A DNA stretch of 63,931 bases, filler included, from Olpidium bornovanus S191 (GCA_017911155.1; 32 parts of 32 records of this genome joined end to end with filler, not necessarily neighbours in it); one strand, 5' to 3'; positions 12,131-24,425 are shown, counted from the whole stretch's first letter. Numbers and translations are program-made. The notes: generated by a model from the sequence alone, not told the origin.

Positions 12131-15009
12131 ATGTCGTTTAGTGAGGGGAAGCTGGCCGAAGCGCCACCGGTCTTGGAAGATGACAAAGGAGGGGCCCTCC
12201 CAGAGGAATCGCCGGCAGCGGGGAATGTTTCCCATTCGAAAGCAGTTCTGCGATACCACAAGGATTACCTGCTCAAGTGCGCAAAGAGTCCACTGGCAAC
12301 GAAGCCGGAGCGTCTACCGCCAAAGGAAGCATGGTTTGGGTAGGTCGTGTTTCCAGCATTCTTTCTTTCTTTGCACCGTCTCCCCCATCTTTCGCTCGGG
12401 CTGCACTCTGCCGGCGAACACGCCCTCACTAACGGCAACTGGTTATGCCCATCAAGCGAGCTTTTGACGCCCAACTTTGCAAACGAGGCGGACGCCGGCG
12501 CGCCGCGTGATGGTTGGTGCAGAGGCGATCAAGATAAAGCACGTTGGGCGGTTCGCAGGACCCCCGAACTGACGCTGTGTTCCTGCCACTCCACTCCAGG
12601 TCAGCCAAAAGACGTTCCGCACATCAACACTTTGGGCCCGATGCTGGCATCCCTGATGAATAATAAGGAATGCAGCTTGGGGGGAATGAGAGGTCAGAAA
12701 CTGGCGCTTGCACTGCCGGTCTTGACCGTCGAAAACCACGCTCATGATTCGTTTACCTGCGTCACACAGCGGACAAGAACATTGTGCTAGGACCACCAAA
12801 ATTGAATTTTGCTTCGTCGCAAAAGCAAGGTTTCGCCAATTACAAAAATGTGGAAGAGAATGGCCGCCATTCAGATGCTTCTCGTGGTTCGAGACATGTA
12901 ATTTCCTCGTCTTGCACATGCATGGCTACATCGATCCGCTTTGCCCAGTCCGCTGACAGGCAGATCCCTCAACGCAGAACGTGAGCGACGTTCAGCAGGA
13001 CCTGATATCTCGTCAAAATGAATATGTATCGAGACAGCCGAGGGATCCTGGCGAACGAGAAAGAGGATCTGGTCCGAAGAGAGGCGGGTTCTCTGATCGT
13101 CACGGCCAACTTCTAGGGCATGGTGGTCATGGACACGCTAGAGACAGCGGTCATGGGCAAAGCCGAGACGGGCCCGCGGCGTCAAGAGCGCCGTTTGGCC
13201 AATCGCGCGATAGAGTTGGTTCCGACGCTGCCAGGTTCGCGTCAAAAAGTACGAGTGATCTTTGCGCGCGCGTCACTACGGTGAGAAGCAACACTCGCGT
13301 CGCCGTTTCGCGGCTTGATTGACAAATCATGTCATACGAAGCAGGAACCTCGGCGAGAACGGCCAGCCCAGAGCGCGAGCTTAACGACAGCGCGACGAAG
13401 GAAAGGAATCCGGACTGGGTGAATTACGATTCTTTGCAGGAATCTGGCGCGGGCGCTTTTTCATTATCTGGGGGCTCTGGCATCGACAAGATCCAGCTGT
13501 GGAAGCAGCAGATGAAGGAGCTTGAACAGAAAGAGCGAGAGGAGAAAATTCTTCGAGCAAAAGGCATTTCTAGGGCAGACGCTAGCCAATCATGGCGTGC
13601 AGAACTAGCGAAGTCTTTGGAAGCGCCCGTCGCCGAGAGGGAGAGCGGCGACCGAGCCGCCGAGGACAAAACCCGAAATTTAGAATTTACCACTCCTCGA
13701 GAGGTGAAGCCGAGGAGAAGTAGGAATCATTGTTCTGGCTGTGTGACATCCAGTTCCTGGCTCGATCGTTTGCGGGATTAAGGTAGTTAAGATCATTTTT
13801 TTGTCCTCGCAGCTAATGACATCGATGCCCACTTTTTTGGGCCTGGGCTCGGTTTCTCGGGAACTCAGTTCGAGTCTCCTCAAGCGCAACCCTCGGATGG
13901 CGTCGGAGCGTCGACGGAGACCGGCTCGCGGTTCTCGAAGCTTTTCCGGAAGGCTCCAGAAAGCGATGCCAAAGAACACTTCGATGCATTGGAGCGAAAG
14001 ACTAGTGGTGAACGCCTTATGGATATTCTCCGCAGCAAGATGTCTGGCGGGCCAGCCCTGTCCGTGCCAGTCTCCAATTCTGTCTCCGCCCCGGCCCGTC
14101 GTTTGCAGGTGTCTGGGCGCGTGTTCACAGAGGAGGAAGTGATCTGGCAGCTGGGAGGCAAAGTACCCCCGGGCACGGTGCAAGATCCGGAATCTGGGCA
14201 TGTACGGCACCCTGAGACGGAGGAGGACTTGATGCCGCGACTTGGAGCCCGAGGCCCTCCGAACGCCGTGTCGTCTGCCGAACCGCCAAGCGAGAGGCGA
14301 GCGATGACCGGCGAAGATCTTCTCCGGCGGCTAGGACCGAGCTTATCGCAGACTTCCGCGTCGCGGTCCTTTGATTCTCTGAAGAGCCGAGGCGCGATGA
14401 CGGAAGATGAGGTGGTGCGGCAAATGAACGAATGTTCCAAGCCGCCGGAGGCATCAGGCAGCTTCAACATGCTCATGGACAAGCTCACAAGGGGAATGGT
14501 GAGGATGCGCCGAGCTTGCACCTTCCTTTGGTGAATGGTGGCTGAAGTTCACCCTTTGTGTTCACTAGGCCGTTCTGCGACCATCTGATGATAAACGAAC
14601 GGCAACGTCAGCAATGGAAGAATGGCGGACTGCAGGAGGATCGCCTGATGAGCAGAGGTCGACTGGGGCGACCGGCGCGCCGAGAACGCAGTTCAGTGAG
14701 GAAAGCTCACCGCTTGCCGCTTTCGTCAAAGGTGCGAAGCGTAACACCGAGTCGCCGCCGCCGCCGCCGACCTCCGTCGACTCCGTTAGACCGCGACCGA
14801 ACCTCGTTCTCGACGGAAGTGTGCCGACCTCGGTGTACCGGCAGCTGAGCGGGAAGGCAGATTCTGTGAAAGCATCGGCTGCGACAGGGGCGTTCGCGGG
14901 CCGGTTATCCTCACAGGCGACAGACTTTCGGCCGGTTTCGCCTGCCGAGCCGGTGCCCGTACAGCAGCACCTGCAGAACCATCCGCACGTCGTGAGGGAG
15001 CTGTATCGC

Positions 15010-15040
<31 letters not shown>

Positions 15041-15663
15041 GTGGGTACCCGCAGCCGAATAGCCTACAGAACTTTGTTAGCGGCGGCGCTAAGCTGCCAC
15101 CTCAGCCACAGGGTTCTCGACCGCTGTCCGCCTCGCACCAGCAGATCTACTCGGCGGCTCAACCGCAGCAGCAGATCCCGCCTTCGGCCCAGGCGCGTAT
15201 CGAGCAGTTCTTTCGGCTGGCTCCGCTGGCACAGCAGCGACCAATGTCGTCCTTCTTGCACGACGCACCGATTTCTACTGCTCAGAGCATGCCACCCGGA
15301 ATCTACGGTTACCAGCAACAGCACCAGGTCAAGCAGCACGTCAACCAAATGCAAGCCCCGCTTCAGCACCACGTAGGCGCCGCATACCAGCGGCACCTCA
15401 CTGAGCAGCTGCAGCTCACACGGCTACTGCCGCTGCACCAACAGCATCAGCATCAGCAGGCGCAGCAGCAGCAGCAGCAGCCACAGCATCATCCCCCCCA
15501 GCAGCCACTCGTGAATCACTATTCGCACCAACACCAGCATCAGCCACAGCCTCAACAGTTCTTCCGCCTCCAGCCGCCGCAGCCGCCGCAGCCGCCTCCA
15601 CTGTCGCAAAATAAACTGTCGTCATTGCCACAAGGCTACATCGGTGGCGACGGTCCCGCCATG
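12131..15663 (+). CDS. eIF4E-binding protein, Eap1/4E-T-like, with Q-rich C-terminus (multi-exon, 3' truncated)
   Basis: First exon 12131-12339 has RYHKDYLLKCAKSPL..P..LPP..WFG (canonical YxxxxLphi motif). Later exons carry NPDWV...DKIQLWKQQMKE and a long Gln/Pro/His-rich low-complexity region (14614-15663). Internal exon boundaries are not fully resolved. Confidence 0.65.
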
Positions 15664-15791
15664 NNNNNNNNNNNNNNNNNNNNNNNNNNNNNNNNNNNNN
15701 NNNNNNNTTAATTAATTAANNNNNNNNNNNNNNNNNNNNNNNNNNNNNNNNNNNNNNNNNNNNCCCCGCCGAAAAATCCCCTCTCAAACAC

Positions 15792-16316
15792 GAACTACGT
15801 TACCTCTGATCCCGGGCAACCGGGTACGTAGGCGGCCGAAACTCCTCCAGTAGGAGCGTAGGCTCGAGGCCCTTAGCCCTCCACTTTTTCCCTCCTTACT
15901 TTAGCCCCTTACCTTAGCTCCTTACTTTAGCTCCCTTACTTTATAGCTCCTTCTTCCCTGTAGAAGAACTACGTTACCTCTGATCCCGGAAACCGGGTAC
16001 GTAGGCAGCCGAAACTCCTCCAATTGGGGAGCGTAGGTGCGAGGAGCCATGTGCTTTCCATCTTTTCCTTTTTCTCCTTCCTTTTCCCTCCGTAGAAGAA
16101 CTACGTTACCTCTGATCCCGGAAACCGGGTACGTAGGCAGCCGAAACTCCTCCAATTGGGGAGCGTAGGTGCGAGGAGCAATGCGCGCGTTTCAATTCTT
16201 TCCTTTTTCTCCTTCCTTTTCCCTCCTACCCCCGTTTGGAACTACGCTCCCTCTGATCCCGGCGCGGGTACGTAGGCAGCCGAAACTCCTCCAGTTGAGG
16301 AGCGTAGGTCCGAGGG
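15792..16316. repeat. Four-copy array of a conserved 77-79-nt structured unit with pyrimidine-rich spacers (candidate ncRNA)
   Basis: Cores at 15792-15869, 15966-16044, 16098-16176, 16239-16315. Consensus GAACTACGTTACCTCTGATCCCGG-loop-CCGGGTACGTAGGCAGCCGAAACTCCTCC-loop-GGAGCGTAGGTGCGAGG. Start-to-start spacing 174, 132, 141 nt. Confidence 0.95.
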
Positions 16317-16766
16317 AATCCCCGCCTTCTATTCCTTCTTCAAATAAATTGGGGTTTTATAACCTCACTTTAACTTCAAAATCCTATGTACAACGCAGAT
16401 GTTTTTTTATCATGCATCAATTAAACTGTCTTTCAAAACATCGTGCGCTCTTCGTGGCGGTGAGGATGAGAACGGTCGAGTTCGCCCGCGGCATGGCGGG
16501 GAATCAGCGGGGCGGGCGCGGGGGTTTGCGCGGCTGGTTTGCAGGAATGGCCGAGAATTTCAATTCGGCGCGCGCAGTGGCGGAGCATCGGAATAATAGG
16601 CGTGCGCGGAAGGCAGGACGGACGGGGGAGAAGGAAGGGAGAAGGGGGGTGGGGGGGCGAAGGGGTAGGCCTCTTCGCTCTTCCGAGGAGCTTCAGATAA
16701 TAGTGAACTTCCTCGGCAGATCCGCGGCATCGACGGGTCGACCGTGGGAAAGCGAGGGGGGGGACG

Positions 16767-16816
<50 letters not shown>

Positions 16817-16931
16817 CCCCCCCCCCNNNNNNNNNNNNNNNNNNNNNNNNNNNNNNNNNNNNNNNNNNNNTTAATTAATTAANNNNNNNNNNNNNNNNNN
16901 NNNNNNNNNNNNNNNNNNNNNNNNNNAGATC

Positions 16932-17485
<554 letters not shown>

Positions 17486-18624
17486 ATCCTGAGCCCCTCG
17501 CGGGTACAAAAGGCGTTCGTTGCCCCGCCAAAATCCCGTCCGGAGACCCCCCCCCCGCCTTCCCCCCCACACAACGCGGCGCTATAACGCGTTCCCACCA
17601 AGACTTCGACAAGACCGCACTCTCTCTCCCGCGCCGACAACCCATTTTCATCCTCTCAACTTCGCCTCTCCTTTACCCCACGCGCTCGGGAATCAGAAGG
17701 CCTCTCCCAGAAGAGGTCCGGGCGAAGAAAAGAAAGAAAGCACTCGCCTCGCCCCTCCCACACGCGGCGAGGGCTGCGCTTCCTCGCGGACCCGGTGCGG
17801 TCCCAGACCCGGCGGATCGGGCAGGCCACCGGCAAGCCCTGGGGACTCCCGGGAAACCGCTTTGGCGCGCGCGCGTCGGCAGTTCCGGTGGGCCGGCTGC
17901 AATCCACATCGGCGCGACGCAATCCCGGTAAGTTTTCCGCCTCGTTTGAATTTCCTTTTTTTATTTGCGTTCTGCATCTCGGAATGAAAAAAAAATCTTT
18001 TGAACTCACGTTGTTCCGTTTCGACTCTCGCACAGATACAAAAGGCTTCATAAAGTCCGATGATCTATTTCCGGCTGAGCGCGGTTTTCCCGGGCGATTT
18101 TTGGTTGCCCATGNNNNNNNNNNNNNNNNNNNNNNNNNNNNNNNNNNNNNNNNNNNNTTAATTAATTAANNNNNNNNNNNNNNNNNNNNNNNNNNNNNNN
18201 NNNNNNNNNNNNNCGTGTACGCGTGTCCGCTGCCTTTGACCCGGTTACGCCGCTGCCCGATGGCGTCGCACCGACGGTCGCATCCCCGCCTCTCTCCGTC
18301 TCCCCACAACCCCCCCCCCCACAGCAATAGCATGTTTCTGTTCGCAACGGCTCCTTCGCGTCCGCTTTCGCTTCTCCCACGTGCTGTGCGTTCCAGGACC
18401 GCATGCGCCAGCCGTTGCCGTCCTGCGCCCCGGCGCTGTGAGCCGAGCGTTGTGCGTCTAAAAACAACTGCGGGCTTCGCAGAGTCGTTTCTCACGAGAT
18501 TACATCACCACTGCCAGGCACCTCTTGTGCCTGGGCAACGGACCGGGAAATCTCCAGTTAGATATTTTAGCGGCTTGACTCTTCCGTAGCGCGTTGGCGT
18601 CACATCCCCTTCGAGCTGTCTAAT

Positions 18625-19560
18625 CTATGGAGCGGACGCATCCGCTGCGGACAAGTCAGGATGTTGCTTCGCGGGTCGCGGATAAGTCTTGAAGAGACAC
18701 TTCATCAGGAAGTCTTTCGCAGCGGCAGCTCCCTGTGTCGGAATCGGGAGTTAGGTTTGGAATACGAAGCAAGTGCAACCCAGGCGCAATTAGGCAGTTT
18801 ACATTCTCGTGATAAATGGCACCGACAATTGCGGCAAAAGCCGCCGAGTTCGCCTCCTCTACCGGCAGAGGCTTTCCACTGTACCCTTCTGGTTGGGCCT
18901 GGAACGCCAATTAAAAAAAGAACAGAATTTTGGAGGCTGTAGGGTCACTTAACTCCACAACGTGGGCGAATATATAACGTCGCTTTTTTTTTTCGCGGGA
19001 TTCACCTTCATTTGCCGAACGTAATCCCGAATGCCAAGTTTTTGGATCTGGTAGTGAAGGGCTGCCGTGCTCGTGTAACGCGCTTCAAGTCTTTTCAACT
19101 GCGCGTTGTCCGCGTGGGGGTGTTTTGCAAAGAGAATCTCGGAACTGAAAAATTTGATCGCCACGAGCCCTGGCCGTCCGCGTCAGGGGGAAGGCGGCGT
19201 CGATCGGACAGCGGTCAGGAACGGCACGTCGCCTAGTTTTCGGGGCTGCCCTCGTCGCTCGGGGGGTCGCCCTTGGACCGGACCCGAACAGACAAGTGAA
19301 ACGTGGAGCGCACTCGGCTTATCTCACCCAGCCGCGCCAGCCGCTCGTTTGACGGCCTTGACGACCGGCCGATCCACGGGTGCTCCAAAGCCTGGCGCAG
19401 CGCCTTCGTCGAGACGAGGAACCCGTCCTTCCGCATTACCTCACGCAACTCCGCGTCTACCTCCGTTGGCGACTTGTGCGGTTCGGTGGGCTGCGCCTCT
19501 GTCCGTGCCGGGACGTCCACGGTCTGCTCCACGGAATAGGCCATGCGGGGTAATGTCCCT
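18625..19560 (-). CDS. RNase III-fold protein lacking catalytic acidic residues (mitoribosomal mL57/MRPL15-like), 5' truncated
   Basis: Exons 19560-19328, 19169-19021, 18898-18803, 18732-18625. They splice to LRQALEHPW...NERLARLGLVAIKFFSSEILFAKHPHAD...KLGIRDY...NSAAFAAIVGAIYHENGAAAAKDFL, which aligns with the RNase III pattern L.QAL.H...NERLEFLGDAVL...YLF...DAFEALIGAIY.D.G. Confidence 0.7.
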
Positions 19561-19608
19561 GGCAGAGGATGCAAGCAGACGAGCGCAGCGTGAGAGCCGC
19601 GGGCGGAA

Positions 19609-19652
<44 letters not shown>

Positions 19653-19975
19653 AGAACAAGCGGGCTGTTTTCGACTAGGCCCGAAAACAAATCAATGGGA
19701 ATGTGGATCCTCTCCANNNNNNNNNNNNNNNNNNNNNNNNNNNNNNNNNNNNNNNNNNNNTTAATTAATTAANNNNNNNNNNNNNNNNNNNNNNNNNNNN
19801 NNNNNNNNNNNNNNNNCACTACGCGGAACGTCTGTTTTTTTTTTTTCCATGTCCGGCACTTGTCCGCCGCCGTGCTTCTCTCCACCGCCACACTTCACAC
19901 CCTTTCTCCCCCCCCACCCCCCCCCCTTCTTCTCCTCGGTCGCGCCGTCGTGTTTCTGCCCTTTTGCCAAAACAG

Positions 19976-20911
19976 GACAAGCTCACGGCCGTCGCCAGGC
20001 AGGACCTCCAGCGGCGGGTCAATGCTCTGGAAAGCGAGATCAAGGACAGGCAACTGGAGGAGAAGAAGAACGCTCTTGCGCAGCAGTACAAATACGTCAA
20101 GTTCGTCGGTGGGGCTTATTATTTTTTCGCTTGGGGGCCGGTGCTCGGGCGTGGCGGTTTTTTTTTTTGGGCTCGTCACAGCATTTCGACGGCGGCGCGA
20201 ATCGCCCCCCCCCCCTCTCTCCCCATTCCTCCCGGAAAATTGACTCTCCCGGCGCGCGGCCGTCTTCCCGTTTAGAACGGAAACGTGCGGCGCGGAAATT
20301 GAAAGCGGCGGAGAAGGCGCTCGCTGCGGCCGAGACGCCCGAGGCTCGGGCGGCCGCGGAGCAGGCCGTGCGGGACCTGAAGCTCGATTACAACTACATC
20401 ATGGTATTCCTCGTTTTCCCTCTTTCCCTCCCCAACCCCGCCTCCCTTCCCCTCCTCTCCCTTTCTTCGTTTTTTTTTCACGTTCCGCGGGTTCGCGTCG
20501 CAGCTCCTGAAGTGCGCTTTCTTTTTTTCTCGCGCACAGCACTTCCCGCCCCTCCGGAAATACATATCGCTGCGTCCCGCCTCGGGGGAGGAAGCTTCAC
20601 GGGAGGAACGGGAGGCGATCCGGGCGGAGATTCGTGCGCGGCTCGAGAGCGGAGAGATCGAGGACGCGTGGGGCAGCGCCGCCGCGCGGGAGGGACTGCC
20701 GAAGTTCGAGAAGAGGAAGCGGAAGGTCCAGCGCGGAGAGGCTGGGGACGACGACGAGACGCCGGGGGCGGACGCCACGGGGAAAAGGAGGGAACACGGG
20801 GAGGTCAGCGGGGAAGAGGAGGAAGGCGGACAGGGTGCGGCGGACGACGGCGACGACGATTTCTTCCTGCGAGAAGACGACGACGAGTCCAGCGGAGGGG
20901 AGGGCTGCTGA
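19976..20911 (+). CDS. EFG1: rRNA-processing protein Efg1 (5' part missing)
   Basis: Spliced product ...QYKYVKFVERKRAARKLK...DYNYIMHFPPLRKYISL...acidic tail DDFFL. Matches the Efg1 pattern KY..VRFFERKKA.R...D.NY..YFP...KYISL. Confidence 0.85.
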
Positions 20912-21382
20912 AGGGGCGTTGGGCCGGAAAGGATATTTCATGTATAAAATATTTGGAACAACGACACATTCGAAACGGAACGTTCCCAAGTTTCAACCTC
21001 CTTGTTGTTCCCGACGAAGAATGCCCCAGGGCGGTCAAGTGGTTAGCTGGCTTCTCGCAAACCCGTCGGGCGTCGAGGTTCACGGTCCCCGTCTGGTGGG
21101 ACGTCCAGGGGAGAAAAACGGACGCCCGCCATCGGCCCCATTCCCACCAGAACCTAAAGGGGAGCGCACGTACATGTTACGGAAGAAATATGCGTACATA
21201 ACAAGAGGGTGGTAGAAAGTGGTGGCACAAAACGGTACACATCTTGCGCAGGAGTCGCAAACCCTACCCTATTTTTGTTCGATTTTATTTCGTTTACACA
21301 AAAACGCGGGATCAATTATGGGGCACAAAGCCAGTATTTGACGTTACTCCGGTCACCCTTTGTCGTTCGTCGTGTGCGAGCT

Positions 21383-21882
21383 CTACCACCCGCGGGACGC
21401 GTACACCTGGCCAGCTGGGATGTCGCTGATGTTGATGCCGACCATGGCCTCACCCAGATCCTCGGAGAGCTCGGCGAGTTTCTTGGGGTCGTCGTGGTGC
21501 GTGACGGCCAGGACGATGGCACGGGCGCGCTTCGCCGGATCACCAGACTTGAAGATGCCCGATCCGACGAATACGCCGTCGCAGCCAAGCTGCATCATCA
21601 GCGCGGCGTCGGCAGGGGCTGGCGGAGAGGGTTTAGCCGAACAAGCGGGAAGTTTGACGTCAGGATCCCGTCACGACCTTCAAGGGCGCGAAGAAGCAAA
21701 GGACGCCCTCCTCCTGGCCTTCCCCCTAACCGCCACGCCCTCCAAGAAAAAAGGCTTACTCGCGACACCTCCAGCGGCGAAGTTCACGACTGGTAGACGG
21801 CCGATGCGGGCGGTTTGCGCCAGCAGATCGTAAGGGGCCTGGATCTCTTTCGCATAGGCGAACAGCTCTTCGTCGGTCATGC
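21383..21882 (-). CDS. SNZ1: Pyridoxal 5'-phosphate synthase subunit (PDX1/SNZ), C-terminal part
   Basis: [14 protein letters not shown]|[36 protein letters not shown]...[12 protein letters not shown]...RGW*; one intron. Confidence 0.97.
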
Positions 21883-22696
21883 NNNNNNNNNNNNNNNNNN
21901 NNNNNNNNNNNNNNNNNNNNNNNNNNTTAATTAATTAANNNNNNNNNNNNNNNNNNNNNNNNNNNNNNNNNNNNNNNNNNNNAAACTCCCCAACCCGCCC
22001 CCCCCCCCCCCGCCCCGCCCCCCGCCCCCCCCCCCCCCCCCCCCCCCTCGAACCTCCACCCGCGCCGCAGTCTAATAAGGCTGAGGAACGCGGAGCGAAC
22101 GGAAGCGGGAAGGGATAACCAGACGCGCGCGCGCGCGCTCCGTGTCGCGGCCGTTCTGCCCGGGGACAAGAACCGGGTGGGGGGGGGGGTGGATCGCCGG
22201 TCTTTTTTCTTTTATTTTTTTTTTCCCCAGCTCTCTCTTTTTTTTTGCCCCCCCATTATCTCTCTCGACCACCACCCACCCCCCCCCAATAACCCCGTCG
22301 TAAGCGCGCTTCCTCGACGTTTTGCGTCGCTTCCGCGGGGAGAGGAGTGCGCGCGACAGAGGCGAGCAGTGCGGAGGGGCGTGTTCTGTTAGGAGCGGGA
22401 GGATTGAGGAAAGCGCACGGCGCCGGGAGCTGTTGGGCCCTTCTCCACCCGCTCGGCCCCTTTGGCGGCCGCGCGGGGGAAGTGCGGGGCGGGAGTGCGC
22501 GGGGAGGGGTGCCGCGCGGGGCGGGTTGGGGGTTCCCCCGATGATCGCGACGCCCTCTCTCTTTCTCTCTTACTATCTCCGCTCGGGGAAAAAAAAAAAA
22601 AAGGAAAAACAGAACGCCACAAACGAAAAGGAAAGAAAGAAAAAAAAAAAAAATAAATAAAATAAAAAAATAAAAAAACCAAAAAAACATAAAGAA

Positions 22697-23618
22697 ATGG
22701 CCGGGCCCTCCGAACGTTCCAGGCGCCGCGGTCCGGGCGGCGCCATCTACGAGGCCGCGGGGGAGGTCGCCGAGAAGGCCCACGAGGCCAGGGCCGCCCT
22801 CAAGGACAGCCAGGCCGCCCAGTTCGTGCGCTGGGCCTCCGACTGGATCGCGGACGCCGCGTCCTCGGCGGCGGGGGCCGCTGGGGGCTTCATGCAGAGG
22901 CACCCGCAGGTCAAGGCGAGTTTTGCCTCTTTCTTGCGCTCTCTCTCTCTCTCTCTCTTTCTCTTTCTCTCTCTCCCTTTATCTATCTCTATCTCTCTCT
23001 CATTCCACGGTTAGAAACGTGTTGCCATGGCTGGTTTCGCAAGAGCGAACTTAAGCTCCTGCAGAAGCCGATTCTCGCAGCAAGTTTTTGCTGAATTCCT
23101 TTCGGGGGTTTTTTTCTTTGTTTGTTATTTTACGTCGAACCCATCGTCGTGCTGCGTCGCGGCCTCTCCCTCCCGTCGTTTCAGACGTTCGCAACCCTGT
23201 GGGCCTTGTTCGCGGGTCTCCCCTTTCTGATCTGGATTGGTGCCAACGTCGGCGTCATCCTCGCCACGCTGGGGGTCGCGACCGCGACCCTGCTTACCGT
23301 GAACGGGGTCTTCATGCTCGCCACCTGTGAGTGTTTTTTTTAGGCTTCTTCCCGCGACTGACGCTTTTGTGATTTGCAAGCCTGTCAAGCCGCTCGTAGC
23401 GCAAAACGAGGACTGGCCCCCAAAGTTAAAACGTTTCGCGCCGCCGCCGTTCGTTGCGGCCAGCGGGCGTCTTGGGCTTCGTTCTCTTCTTCACGACGAT
23501 CGGGGCAGCAATCGCGTACTTCTGGGTCTTCCTCTACCGCGTCGTGGCCGACCTGGCTAGGAGGGTCGGCCGGTATGTCGCCACTACCGCCGACGAGGCC
23601 ATGGCGACCGGGAAGTAA
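22697..23618 (+). CDS. Membrane protein, promethin/LDAF1 (Ldo16/45)-like
   Basis: Multi-exon ORF with consecutive hydrophobic helices (FATLWALFAGLPFLIWIGANVGVILATLGVATATLLTVNGVFMLAT; GVLGFVLFFTTIGAAIAYFWVFLY) after an amphipathic N-terminus. The family call rests on topology only. Confidence 0.4.
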
Positions 23619-24194
23619 ACTGCGGGATGCCTGCGGGGGCCCGGCGAACACAAAAAGGAGCCTCCCGCGGGATCTGCCAAACACAAAAATTTCTCCAGCG
23701 ACGCGGCGGCAGGAAGCACCTAGTATTCACAAAAGGCGCAGCGCCTTGCTCAGCTTTTCCCCAGACACTTGTACGTTCGGGTAAATTTTCCGTTGCAATG
23801 AATAAATAACGAAAGCAGTGATTGAGTGTCCAAGGTGCGCGCCGTTCGGACGCGCAAGCGCGTCCGAGGTCTGTGGAACATTCCAATTAGAAGGAAGAGG
23901 CCGACCGAGCGCCGGTGACCTGGTTGCCGAAAATTAGCCTCGCGGGTATCATTTACACCTAAAAGTTCTGGAACTTAGATCTTGTCTATTACAGCCGCTG
24001 ATGTTTCGGGTGGCTGGGCGGACCGTCGCAAACGCATGATTTGGAACAGCAGGTGTAACTGCGCGGCATAAGCTAGGAGAGACGCGTTCGGCACAGCAAC
24101 CGCTTCCCTCGGCTGCGATCTCAACACTTCGGAAATGAAATCTCTCGGCTGCGACTCAACACGTTGAATGAAAATGCTCCATGGTGAACACGGT

Positions 24195-24425
<231 letters not shown>

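Noticed and set aside
15792-16316. Array as a CRISPR locus, TPP riboswitch, or canonical hammerhead/HDV/twister/pistol ribozyme
   Set aside because: Units are too long for CRISPR repeats, spacers are low-complexity and there are no cas genes. ACC..TGATC...CGTAGG resembles the TPP 3' half, but the CUGAGA/P2-P3 half is absent. Hammerhead G8-A9 and NUH geometry, HDV L3/P1.1/J4-2, and twister/pistol consensus residues could not be fitted.
19185-19195. In-frame TGA upstream of the RNase III-like exon as selenocysteine or readthrough
   Set aside because: It is part of a CTGAC branch-point-like sequence in an intron; splicing GTGAGA..CCAG restores the RNase III alignment.
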